The translations under genes were made by a program, and so were the position numbers. 64,000 nt of DNA. Origin: Cycas panzhihuaensis. Its lineage: Eukaryota > Plantae > Cycadophyta. The notes under the pieces are model-generated. The model made no database searches and had not been told where the DNA came from. It saw only the letters and a program-made list of their open reading frames with translations. This document shows positions 27,400 to 40,079 of this stretch, piece by piece. Positions within the stretch are counted from its first letter, which is position 1. Every line of letters starts with the position of its first letter. The stretch is from assembly GCA_023213395.1 (NCBI GenBank), contig CM041465.1, forward strand, positions 204,917,741-204,981,740. Direction: 5' to 3'.

Positions 27400-29600
27400 A
27401 TAATTCCAAATTTTGTTCTTTATGTAAATTAAAAAATGAACATGTCGTCATCTTTCACATTGCATACGAAACCGTCGAATATCATGTGTTGTCTATTTTG
27501 CTTTGAGAGGCCATATTCTTTACCTTGATAGTGCAACCCATTTTAGACGACTTTGATTACACACATTAACTTTGGACTCCAATATCCTTCTCACAAGAGT
27601 AAATGGAAATAGGTAGTGCTACATACTAAAGAAGCATCCCCGTGTAAATATATAAACACTGCATTAACACGCTCTCTCAAGCAACATGTAGCAATTTACA
27701 AAGAATAAAGCAACGGTTGAAGATGAGAATGTTTTCGCTCCCACCAACAGGAGATGCAAAAACTTTTTACAAACTTTTCAATTAAGTATTACTTGTTAGG
27801 CTGCATTCCTTCTCGATGCCCTCAAAATTAGAGACCAATTCATGTGGATCATCACACATGCAAACTTTAGCATAGTGGAATTTAGCCTTAACACATTCTT
27901 TTTAATTCTTTAATACCTTTTATGTAAAGGCTGCAATAAACAAATACAAGGGGATAGATAAAAGGGTGGAATTGTAGGGTTTCCCTCTTCCCAACCCCCT
28001 TTCCTTGGGCATTGACTTAGGGGGTATATGCCTCTTGTTCTCCTTAGATTCCATTGCATCGCTGCCGGTCTCTTGTTTGTCAAGCTTGCTTTTTAAACTT
28101 TTCAAAGTCAAAGACTGTTTACTTTTGACAGTCTCACATGTTAGAAATGCTGCTTAGCGGGTGGTCACGTGGGAGATTGTTTCTTATTTAATCAAAATTC
28201 CTTACGGGGAACGGTATTTTATTAATCGTAGCTCGGGGTCACACGAGTAAAGGGCTGAAAAGGTTATAACCTGAAATCTGTAACTTAGACCACGGTCACA
28301 TGGGGGATGGCTCTCGGTGCTTTTATGATCATCCAGGTTTGGAGCTTGGAGAACACTTATCCCCTGTTACAGGCAAAGATAAGCTGTGTGAATTTTGAGC
28401 CAGCTCCGCATTTTGGGAGCAAATCGTATGCAAGGGGTCTCAAAATTGTTTTAATATCCAGTCTGACCATTTTCTGTTGTGTCCGTGTGACCCCCAGGTT
28501 CTGTGCACTCGACGCGCCGGACCAGGTTAAGCGCATGTGACCTTATGCTTATCTGGCACCTGAAGATGCTGCTGAGCCATCATTCTCGTTTCCATTACAA
28601 CAAAAGGAGAGCTCACCTTCTGGAACATTCTGGAAAGTAAAATCTAAATGGGTCCCTCAGGATAGGCTCCCGTATTGGGAGTTGAGGGGGACACACATCG
28701 TTGTATGTCTGGAACATGGAATATAAGGTTGGCATTTGTCAACTTCATTATTGTGGTGCTAAATGGCTTCATCTGTACGGGAATAAGTGTTCTTGTCTGT
28801 GGAATGGAGGAAGGTGCCTTGTGGGTCTGGGTAGCTGATCATGGTTGGAGTGGAAGGAACTGCTGGGTAAGCTCTGGTATGCACTGATACTGCTCAGCAG
28901 ATTGATTGCTTTGTCATGTATGTCTGTTTATGTTTGGGCTTAAAATTCTGGCTTTAATGAAATGAGCTTTTTTCTTGGTTTATGGCGACCCCGCCTTCCT
29001 CCCCCGCCAAAAAACGAGAAAACCCAAAAAAATCCTTTTAGTTAGTCTGGTGGGTCATTTAATTTGGCATCTGGTTCATTTGCTTAAACAATGGGCGCAG
29101 CGTCACCGAAACAAGGTATTGAGGTTATTAAGCTCGGAATTTATTAGAGGGTAGTGTCATGGAAGAGCTCTGAGATCAACGGAGGCTTACAGATTGGAAG
29201 AGGATACTGGCATTTAAATGAAATTACAGTTTAAGGGACCTTAATCCTTGTGTGGTAGACTTACCTTGCCATTTTCAACTTTTTAGGTTGTGGGCTCGGT
29301 CTAATAACCAGTGAGGGGCATTCGCGGAGCTGTGTTCTTGCAGTCATTGTCCATGGGGTCATCATATGCATATGCAATAATAGGCCCCTGCTTTGAGGGC
29401 AGACTGAGCTCTGATACAGTGAGCGAAGGCCTCAGTCACCTAGGGAGCTTGGATGACCGTGGATCCCTTTACAATTTCAGTTTTGCCAAATGTTTAGGAC
29501 CGAACATGAGATAAGGCTGTTGGGATGCCTCTAACAGTGGGGAAATGATTTGTGTCAGTTACTCGAGATCTAACTATCACTTGCAATTGTATTCCACGTC
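27400..29600. promoter_or_regulatory. CpG-retaining island with clustered E-box/G-box motifs, candidate regulatory region
   Basis: Abundant CG relative to the flanks and no recognisable TE domain. GGTCACRYG occurs five times at 28163-28542, and a CCACGTGG G-box lies nearby at 27009. Confidence 0.45.
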
Positions 29601-29626
29601 CTTATTTTCATCTTGAACTGATAATT

Positions 29627-32600
29627 ATATTTTGATATTGTTCACATATAGGACACCGCATATAAGAAAGGAAAATCCATAACCTCTCTTTTCATTGCTG
29701 TTTGCCTCATAGACCAACGTCGCTGCATTGCCGGCCTTTTGCAATCTCTCAACAGCTGCTTTTGCTGCCTCTGTATCCTCCACCGTGACTCTGCTAAATT
29801 TCATTATTGTTCTCGTTTTTCTTACAGAATAATTTCTTATTATATTTCATTAAATGTGTTTTCAAGTTTTAGTCGCATAAAATGTTTCATATCCAGGAGC
29901 ATCCAGCTTTTAAACTTTCTCCATAAACGTTTTATTTGCCTGTTTCCCAATGTGTTAGAACTTTGAAGCAAAAAAATTTGTAGCATCACTGGCTATGTGA
30001 GCCGCCTATTGAATTTTTATCATTTGTCTTTCTTGTGCCCTGTTGTCGAGGATCCAAATCTTCTTATTCTGAGTATCATTTGCCTTGTAGAGATGTCAGT
30101 GCTTGCACATATCATTGCAGTTGAGCGTTTATTAAAAGGTTACTCCACTTCTCTTTCTTGGAAGTTGGCCATATGGCCTGTTAATATGATATGATTTAGG
30201 TAATTGTGAAGCTGGTTTTGATGGACGAAATGGTTTTGTTTCTTCAGTTATTTTGATCTCATCCATTTCCTTATTCTTTAATAATACGTGATTGTTTTCA
30301 TTTGGGAGTGATTTGCGTATGGGAGATGCTTTCTGCAATTCATTATCTTCTATCACATTCACTCTTAGCCCAAAATTTCTTTTCTGGATTTGGTGAACCA
30401 ATTATGTATTTAATACAAAGGAAGACATGTAACATTGTTCATGTAAAGAGTCTGCAAATAAGAACTGAATCCATCTAATGTCCTAATTCTCTTAAAGATA
30501 ACGGCAGTACTCTTGTGGAATAACCTTCAAGGAATTCTGGAAGCATAGTGTTGAGTATTATCTATGATAATAAATGAGCGCTCTGTCCTTTCAAAATTAT
30601 ATTGTTCTCAGTACATTCTTAATTATCTTTTGTTACAAAAAGATAAATACATACAAAGTGACTAATAGGCGTACAAAATACATAATGGTTTTGGAACTTG
30701 TTAGATGTAGAATACTGATTTCAGTTTAAGCTTTAAGGAATATGGCATTTGCTCCCTTGGCTTTTGCCCACTTGGAGTTTTTGGCCCACAACCAGGACAA
30801 TATTAAGAACATATTTGTGCTTATCGCTATCTGGAGTTTGTTCTCATTTCAGAGTGCCTTACTTGGCATCTGTGATATTGGCTGTAACTTTTGCATATGA
30901 GCTCTTATTAAGGGATTGTTCATCTTTAGACATTTTGCCTCTTGGAAAGCACATAAAATTCTGCTGTGTATTGATAGGCTATTGCTTGAACCAAATTTTG
31001 AGTCATTGAGCAGTGACAAGCATTTGGTCATTGGCATAGTTTGGGAAGTGCACTTAGGATATAAAAGTGCAGATACGAACTTTCTTGTCCAATCTCCCAA
31101 TTCAAGTGGAGGTTACCTTTTTAGAAAGCTTCTGAAATCTGTCTTGTGGGTTTATTATGCACCATTGACCTTACTCTCAGTTGTGGAGTTATAGGTTGAT
31201 GATCAGTTGTGCGATAGGTGTTCTGCATGCAAATCCCACTCTGTTTAGGCTGCAAAGATGCTTACTAGTAACTTCGGTTTATCTGGTCCATGCATGAAGG
31301 CTTCACTGATTATTCTCCACTTGAATATAGTATTGTGAACTATGAATGGATTGGTGACTCAAAAGAGACAACTTGGGCAAAGTCAAACTAGATTATCGAT
31401 AGTTATTCATCACTGAAGGCCCTCTAACAACTCTCAGTGATGAACGAGAGATGACAAAATGTCTCTGATGTCTTCAATGCTACAAAAACTCTGTAAATAT
31501 CCCTTCTATGTAGCACTTGACTAAAGAGGTGCAACTGGTTATTATAATCATTCATTGGTTAACTTAACGATCCTTAACCCTTGACTGACATTTACATATA
31601 ATAATTACATTATCTTCAATGCTGACATCATGGTCACAAATACTAGCAGTGTTCATGAAAACAAATTACAGCATATTGATGTTCTTTTCATAAACCGACA
31701 ATTATTACCATCCAGATTGACTATTTCAACTTTTCCATGAGCAGCTGCTTTGTAAATCAACAGTTGTTCTGCTGTAAATCTGTTACTTCCACTCATAAAC
31801 TGATGGTTCTTACTTTGTAGCCTTATGCATTCACATCAAAACTGACTGTGTGGTGCCATTTTTTCTGCCTAAATCTTGCCGGACACAAGACTTCTCAGTG
31901 CCCTTATTTCTTGCATTGGAAATTGTTTTAAGGATTCTATGGTGTGGCCTTCCTTCCCTTCTTTACTCAATTTTTTTCTCTCTCAATTGCTTTTAGTAAG
32001 CGTTGTGATCTCCACATCTGTTGCGTCCAATTGCATCCATGAATCTAACTAGTGCTTTTGGAGGTTTTCCAACATCTTGTTCTTGATTGCTTACACCTAT
32101 GCCATTTACTTATGCTTCAACTTGGGAATACTTTGATTGTGGCCTCCTTTTTCTCATTTGCCTGCTATGAATTGGCTTCCTTACCTCTGGCTTTCAACAG
32201 TTGCTCTTCTGCTACCTTTGGTTTCTTCTTTTCTACTTCTACCTTCAGCGTCTCTGGTACTAGGTTCTTTAGCTCATCAAGCATGAGCATACCAGGATCT
32301 GTTATGGCATCTGATGACCAACCCTATATAAATTCATGCCGAGAACATTGTTAGAGGAGGATATCTGTTTTTCTTTCATGTCCTCTCTCCGTTCTTTGTG
32401 CTTCACCCCTTTCTTCCTGGAATGCTTCTTTTTCTCCTGGCTCCTTTTCAATTTAACTGTGGCATCTCTCAGTTGCCCTGGTTTATTGTTTGTTTCCTTG
32501 TCCATTTCAATTATTGTATCCTCTAGTTTCTTCTGCGATTTTTCCTTCTCTCTTGCTCTATCCAATCATTGAAGTGGCTTCTTGTGACTGTCTGTCAAAG

Positions 32601-34737
32601 TACTCTTCTTCGACTTTTCGGTACTTGATTTTCTTTTCTATCCCTATGGCAATGATGGCTTAGTCTTCTCTGGTCATATTCGGCATGAATTCTGTAGAAG
32701 TTGTGTATTTTGATTTTCCAATTTACTCTCCACATCTTTATCTGTGGATCATTTCTTCCATAACAGAATCCATTATTTTAACTATGCTGTTGAATTCCGG
32801 ATAGTGATGACTGATATCTCTGCATTGTATTGATTGTACACAAGTGCCATAATATGATCAAACGTATGCATGTAATCTTTTTGGAGTCTGCCATAACCAA
32901 CTTGAGTTGGTTCTTCATCTTTTATGTATAAATGTGCACAAGGTGTACTTGCCACCTTGATCTTCATTCTCCAATATCGTTCATGACCTGTAGGAAAGTA
33001 TAATGACTTCTGCCCACAAAGAGCCCTGTAGCAGCAAACTGAGTGATCTGCTTCAATTTTGTGTTGGCAATATTGGAGAGTGGTATTCTTACAGTTAATT
33101 TCTCACTGGGGGAGTGACAAAGGTCCATGGCAACAACTGCCTTATCTACATGCTTCTCTGTCGTGGGCACTGGTTCGTCTCATGGAAGATCAATGATTTG
33201 CTGAATTTGTTTGTCCAAGATATCAACTATTTTTTGGGCATTTAATCATGATGCTTACAATTGCATTAGTGACATTATTGCATAGGAAGTTCAAAGTATG
33301 TGTCGAGACTTGCACTCCATATTGCTATTTTCCTGTTGTCATTTTTTGCTAGATCTGCCCACTTGGTTTGCAGTTCAGGGTCATCAATTTACTTGATCTC
33401 AATTGTATAAACCAAGTAATCCTTTGTTTTGGTTGCCATCTCCTTTTCTAGGTTTTGTTCAATCCATTGAGTGCAATAGCTCATCATCTTTGTGCCTTCT
33501 CTGCCGCTTAGCTTGCTTCCTTTGTCTGTTTGAATTCTTACTTGAAAATACAACAACAAACTCTATTCTGATCTCTTAAGTGCAGATTTGAAGTTGTATT
33601 ATGGTGAATTACATGTTTGCTTCAATTCTGCCACTTATGCTTGTGCCAAATCACAGCTGTTCTCATCTTTTTATCTTATTTTTAATTTCTCTATATGAGC
33701 TGAATGAGATCTCAACACATCGAATCAATCCTTGTGTATATTTCCCTTATGTCATTATTTCGACAATGACTTTTCCATTCAGAGTCACTTTATTTGGATT
33801 TTCTGCTTATTTTGGTTTCGATGTTTTGACCAATTCCCACCTCTTTTATTGTTATGTAGTTTTCCATGTTGTCAATATTATTTGATGTATCAGTTCAGTT
33901 TTTGTCTGTTGACTAGTTTTCTCCTCTTTTATTATTATTGAGTTTTCCAATTATTAATATCATTCAGTTTAGCTATTTTTAAAATCTGTTTTGTTCTTTT
34001 CATGGAACTTTGCTTTTGTTCCTTTTATCTTTCATAACACCATTGGTTTTCTTGAAACTGGCTACATTTGTTCGTTTTTCCCATTTGTATTCCTTCTGTT
34101 TTCAACCTGAACCTTTAAGACGGATTTCCTATTTTTGAAATCTATTCTTTTGAGAATGGGCTGTGACTTTGGCGTTTTATTTTCTACTGTTTTTTCAATA
34201 TTCTAATATTTTTTGGTTCTGTCAACACATATTTATATGCCTAGACTATTTTTTTGGTTTCCTTGGCGTTGGTATACAATTTCAGCCTGCTGCATTCCCT
34301 AGCATCTGTAGCAGCATACCATCCAATTGTTGTAACGATACAAACCCATTTGTATTGATTTTCTCAACCGTATAGAATCACAATCATCTCATCTTCAACT
34401 TTCTGGGGCGTGTGTGGAATTTACTATGTTGCAATAATATTGGGCCACCCTTATGGACTTTTGATGCCCTAACATGTATATCATGCCATGCTTTTTGCTC
34501 TCATTTTCTGCAGTAAGGGTCCATAGTTCGCTTTGCTTCAAATTTTGTTAATTCTTCTAGTCTTGTTGGAATTGACTCTTTTTGCCCCAGTATGCCTTGC
34601 ATTCTTATCCTCAGGTTGGAAATTTCCTGTTTGAATGATACTATGGCTTTGATGATAGATTAACTGGAACAATATTTGTTCAATCGCTTTATTGTACATT
34701 GTTTTGATTGCAAATAAAACTTAACGTATCTTCTCCA
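29627..34737 (-). pseudogene. Disrupted ORF remnants of unknown retroelement accessory protein(s), ORF1-like and coiled-coil
   Basis: Consecutive protein-like minus-strand ORF fragments at 30132-30401, 30849-31100, 32302-32565 and 32782-33170, with a K/E-rich segment. No RT, endonuclease or integrase was seen. Confidence 0.45.
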
Positions 34738-37494
34738 TCTAGTCCGATACTCACATGACTATAACACACCAAAAATATTTTATGTATGGTTATTGTAAAC
34801 CTAAGAGGGATCATGCATTATTATTCTAACCTTAAGGTGGTTGTAAGTGTGTTAACTGAGGCAATGTTGGTGGAGAAAGTCATCATTGATGAAAGGGGTA
34901 TTTATAAGATCCTGAAAAGATGACTCTCAACTCATCATCTTACTAAATATATTTTCACTTCATTTCATATGATCTTTCATGTGGGCCTTGCATGTATTAT
35001 TTAAAGAGAAGTGAACTGGGGTGGAATCAGTTGTGAGAATAAGTTCTTCAATGCTTGCTATAGGTGAGCTTGTGAGGAGAGCTATGCTAGAGTGAGCCAA
35101 GAGGAGTAGACAGATGCTAGCATAGCTGTGACTATTGGTAGAAATGTCATTGAGAGGAAGCTATTTTGTTCATATGTAGCACTGATGTAAAAGTTTGAAA
35201 GCTGTTTGGTTTGGCACTTGGAGAGAACTTTGATAAGGCTTAGCCTACCACGGTTATTGAGTCCAGTTAAGTCCAATGGTGGCATTGTAGGAACCCTGAA
35301 TAAGACCAAGCACAGTATTAGTGTTAAGCCCAGTTAAGTCTAACGGAGGCATTAGAAATGAGCTCAGATAAGACCTAGCATAGCACCCAAACTGAGCCCA
35401 AATAAGACTAACAGAGGAACTAATACGGAGCCTAGATAAGGCTTAGCACAGCATTAGTATTGGGCCCAAGTAATCCTTTGTTTTGGTTGTCATCTCCTTT
35501 TCTAGGTTTCTGTTCAATCCATTGAGTGCAATAGCTCACCATCTTTGTGTCTTCTCTGTCATTTAGCTTGCTTCCTTTTTCTGTTTGAATTCTTACGGGA
35601 ACGTATGACATAAAACTCTATTCTAACTTTCAATTTGCAGATTTGAAGTTGTATTATATTGAATTACATGTTTGTTTCAATTCTGCGAGTTATGCTTATG
35701 CTCAATCACCCCTCTTCTCATCATTTTTATCTTATTTTTAATTTCTTTATATGAGCTGATGGAGATCTCAGCATGACATCATTGACTCGATCCTTGTGTA
35801 TATTTCCCTTGTATCATTATTTCCACAATGACTTTTCCATCCAGTTTCACTTTGTTTGGATTTTCCGCCTATTTTGGTTTTGATATTTTGATCAATTCCC
35901 ACCTCTTTTATTGTTATGTAGTTTTCCATGTTGTCAATATCATTTGGTGTATCAGTTCAGTTTTTGTCTGTTGACTGGTTTTCTCCTCATTTACTATTAT
36001 TCAGTTTTCCAAATATTAATATCATTCAGTTTAGCTATTTTAAAAATCTGTTTTGTTCTTTTCATGGAACTTTGCTTTTTTTCCTTTTTCCTGTCATAAT
36101 GCCATTGGTTTTCTCAAAACTTGCTACATTTGCTCATGTTTCCCATTTGTATTCCTTCTCTGTTTTCAACCTGAACTCTTAAGACTGATTTTCTATTTTT
36201 GAAATCTCTCCTTTTGATAATGGACTGTGACTTTGGCATTTTATTTTCTATTGTTTTTTGGAAACTCTAATATTTTTTGGTTTTGTCCATCCACATTTAT
36301 TTGCCTAGACTTTTTTTTTGGCCTTCTTAGCATTGGCATACAATTTCAGCCTGCTGCATTTCCGAGTGTCTATAGCAGCATACCATCCAACTGTTGTAAC
36401 TATACAAACCCATTTGTATTGATTTTCTTGGCCACATAGAATCACGACCATTTCAGCTTCAACTTTCCAGGTTGCATTTGGAATTTACTATGTTACGATA
36501 AGATTGGGCCACCCTTATGGAATTTTGGTGCCTTATCATGTCTATCATGCCATGCATTAAGGGTCCATAGCTCTCTTTGCTTCCAATTTTGTCAATTGTT
36601 CTAGTTTTGTTGGAATTGACTCTTTCTTCCTCAGTATGCATTGCATTGTTATCCCCAGGCAATGGCTTTGATGATAGATTAACTGAAACAATATTTGTTC
36701 AACCACTTTATTGTACATTGTTTTGAATGAAAATAAAACTTAATGTATCTTCTCCATCCAGTCTTATATCAACATGACTATAATACACCAAATATATTTT
36801 TTGTATTGTTATTGTAAATCTAAGAGGGATCATGCATTATTATTCCAACCTTAAGGGGGACGTAAGCATCTTAATTGTGGTAATGTTAATGGACAAAATC
36901 ATCCCTGATGAAAGAGGTATTTATAAAACCCTCAGCAGACAGCTCTTAACTTGTCATCTTACTAATTATATTTTCACCTCATTTCTTATGACCTTTCATG
37001 TGGCCCTTACATGTATTATTTTAAGAGAAGGGAATGGGGGTGGGCTCAATTGTGATAAGTTCTTTGATGTTTGCTATAGGTGGGCTTGTGAGGAGAGCTA
37101 TGCTAAAGTGAGCCAAGAGGAGTAGGTGGAGACTAGAATAGCTGTGGCTATTTGTAGAGGATGCCATTGAGAGGAAGCTACTGTCCGTATGAAACAGTAA
37201 TGTAAAAGTTTGAGAGTTGTTTGGTTTGGCACTTAGAGAGAGAGAGAGCTTGGATAAGTCTTAGCCTACCACTAGTATTGATTCTTGTTAAGTTCAATGA
37301 TGGCATTAGTAGGAACCTTAAATAAGACCAAGCATGATATTAGCATTGAGCCTAGTTAAGTCTAATGAAGGTGTTAAAAATGAGCTTAGACAAGACGTAA
37401 CATAACATTCAATCTAAGCCCAAGTAAGTTTAATAGGGGAACTAATAGGGAACCTAGATAAGACTTAGCACGGCATTAGTATTGAGCCCAAGTA
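33412..37494 (+). repeat. Direct tandem duplication of about 2.05 kb (33412-35466 / 35467-37494)
   Basis: Colinear copies roughly 85% identical, with CCAAGTAA at all three junctions. Confidence 0.92.
35234..35473 (+). repeat. 34-bp periodic array, copy 1
   Basis: TAAG at 35234, 35268, 35301, 35335, 35369, 35403 and 35437, then TAA at 35471; all but the first are preceded by GAGCCCAG-like sequence. Confidence 0.85.
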
Positions 37495-37782
37495 AACCCA
37501 CGTTTATGATATGATACTATAAGGGTGAGATGGTTATTGGGGTGTGTTAATATTCAACTGTAGTTTGGATGTGGGATGGTCCATGGTGGAAGTGGTATTA
37601 TCCTTGCCCTCTATAGTGTGGTATTATTTGGTTCTCGTTGGTGTTTGGTGCCTTTCTTGTTCACTCAAAGATACTTCTATCTAGATTCTCTCTCTCTATC
37701 TTTTATTCTTGTCTCTTCTCTAATGAAAGTAAATATATATCTACACCATATCTTCACTTGTTTGCGGTTAAATTCTATTACA
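37051..37782 (+). repeat. Candidate 3' LTR (partial copy at 35032-35473)
   Basis: Purine tract AGAGAAGGGAATGGGGG before TGTGAT, TATAAGGG at about 37518, and end ATTACA. No matching 5' LTR in the window. Confidence 0.45.
37255..37495 (+). repeat. 34-bp periodic array, copy 2
   Basis: Same seven units in the same order as 35234-35473. Confidence 0.85.
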
Positions 37783-40079
37783 TAATATGGCATGTTTGAT
37801 GGATAAGTATTTGTGTTTGTGAACTTGTGGCTTTAGCAATTATATGAAATAAAAATTTGATTTTATATAGAGATGATTTTTAGCATTATTAGTCGTTCAC
37901 ATTGTTAATTCTTGTGGGCTATAACATTGGGTATTAGATGTGAGAATTCCAATAGGAATTCACACCAAAATCAATAGAATGACACAAATATATGCTATCT
38001 AAAAGTAATTTTTAGATATGATAGCAATAATAGTTGTCCACAAATGCACAAATCTAAAATAAACACTAAAAATATACCAACCACAAATACTCCTTGCAAA
38101 TCCATTAATATCAAATGAAAATATCATATATTGAATCTTGTGGAAAGTACGCTCTTTGAGGCGAGGTGTCCTTCAGTTGCATTCTCCAACTAGGAGTCAA
38201 AAATGGCCGCCTTGAATACTCTTCCAATGATGATTTAGAAATGGGGCAAGAAGCCCTATATATAGATGTAATAAATACCTTGAATGGAAATTGGTTTTAA
38301 GAAGGTAGAGGTTGGCCTAAAACAGAGAAAGAAGTCGGCCTAATTAAAAGAAAAAGAAGCTGGCTAGCATTTGGGAGAGTGCTATAAGTCCTCCCTTGAG
38401 AACATGCTTTGTCCTCAAAGCATAGGGATGTGGGAATGCTACTTGTACCATGCTCCGGATTCCCACATGGTGTCTTTTTTATCAATGTCCTTCCACTTGA
38501 TCAAATATTCACGAATCTCCTTGGGTTGAAGTTGCTTGATTCAGATTTGGAGGACACCTTTAGATTCTGCAGTTGACTTTCCTTCTTTGTCCAATATAGG
38601 AAATTTTGTTAGGACTGTCATGGTTTGTCCCAACTTTGGTTGAGACAAGAAATATGGAATACATTGTGCACTTTGTTGTTGGGGCGTAGATCGAGCGGGT
38701 AGGCTGCTTCTCCTATCTTTTCTAAGATCTGATAAGGCCAATGAAACTATGGTTGTGATTTGTGCCTCCCTGTCTGCTTTAGGGTAGATTGTTTGTATGG
38801 TTGAAGCCTTAAAAATACCTAGTCTCCTTTCTCCAATGATCTTTCTGATCTGTGCAAATTGGCTTGTTGCTTTATGCATTTCCTTGCTAAGTTGAGATTG
38901 TCCTTAAAAATTTGTAATGTTTGTGCCAATTGTTGTTGCTAGTCTTGTATAGTAGGTATATAGGAGTTATTGGTCCGTGTAAAAAGGGATGGGGTTTCAT
39001 TACCATATAGTGCCTGAAAAGGAATCATTTTGCTGATGTGTGATAGGTGGTGTTGTACCACCATTTAGCCAGATATAACCATTTATGCCAATTTTGTTGC
39101 TTGTTAGATGAGAAATTTCGAAGATAGCCTTCTAATAGAGCATTATTTATTCATTGCTTTTGTTGGTTCGTTTGTTTGTGGATGATAGCTGAGCTCATTG
39201 TGAGTTTGGTACTTACCTGATGAAACATCTCTAGTCAAAAGTGCTCTAGAATTTTGGGTTGCGATTGCTTACTATGACTTGGGAAAGTTGTGTAGTTAGT
39301 GGATTTTCTTAGCGAATAGATTGACAATTTGGTTGACCTTAGCTATGGATTGGGTAACTTTGAAGTGAGCATACTTAATCTGTCAATTCACCACTATAAA
39401 TATCGAATCTTTGCACTTTGATATGGGTAGACTTGTAATAAAATCCATTGATATTTCTTTCCATTCCTATTCTAGCATGTGTAAAGGTTGAAGTTATCAT
39501 AGTATTATGATATTTTCACTTCTATTCCTTTGACATGTGTCACATTCGGTTACGAATTTATAGACGTCAACTTTCAACCCTTTGTAGAAGAATATATTAT
39601 GGACTTAATAATACATTTTGTCAATGCCTACATGTCCTAACAAGGGTGTCGTGTGAGCTTCTTGGAGGAGCTTCTCATTGAGTGCCTAATGTATGAGGGA
39701 CAAAGATCTTCCCCCAATGTAATATCAGATTGCTCTGCAATTTGTAATCTATTTGTGTCCTTGATTGGATTTTTTGGAGTATCTATTGCGATGCTAGATC
39801 TTTCTTGGATTTGTGCCAACTTATGTGTCTAGTTATGTTTGACCACTAAGATAGGCTGGAATGCCAATTGTTTTAAATCTTGTATAGTGCATCTTCAACC
39901 ATGTTCTTCTTCCCTTTCTTGTAGATTATATCAAAATCAAAAGATTGTGGCTTGCTTACCCATTGTTGTTGTTTGTCTAATAAGGAGCTTTGATTGAGGA
40001 AATAGTTGTATCTGTCATGATTTATCTTGTCTAGAAATTTGCTTCCTAATAACTATTGTTGCCATTGGTGGATGGTGTG

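Noticed and set aside
27868-27895. tRNA A-box-like TAGCATAGTGG
   Set aside because: No B-box or cloverleaf follows
28130-28300. snRNA/telomerase-RNA promoter (USE-like GTCTCACATG)
   Set aside because: Poor USE match, no correctly spaced TATA, and no CTAAACCCT-type template or snRNA sequence downstream
28515-28625. Partial similarity to miR166 and miR159/319 arms, and a kinase-like YLAPE peptide
   Set aside because: Only short partial matches, no complementary precursor arm, and no other kinase subdomains
31437-31468. Box C (GTGATGA) and box D (CTGA) snoRNA
   Set aside because: Boxes are only about 20 nt apart, too short for a C/D snoRNA
33195-33290. GIY-YIG-like string (CNNVTN..IKCPKNS*YLGQT) suggesting a Penelope-like element
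   Set aside because: It contains stops and lacks the downstream R..EH and catalytic residues. An overlapping frame is more open, and no PLE RT or hammerhead was found.
35234-37495. CRISPR-like repeat/spacer array
   Set aside because: Eukaryotic TE context, degenerate repeats, linkers related to each other in alternation, and no cas genes
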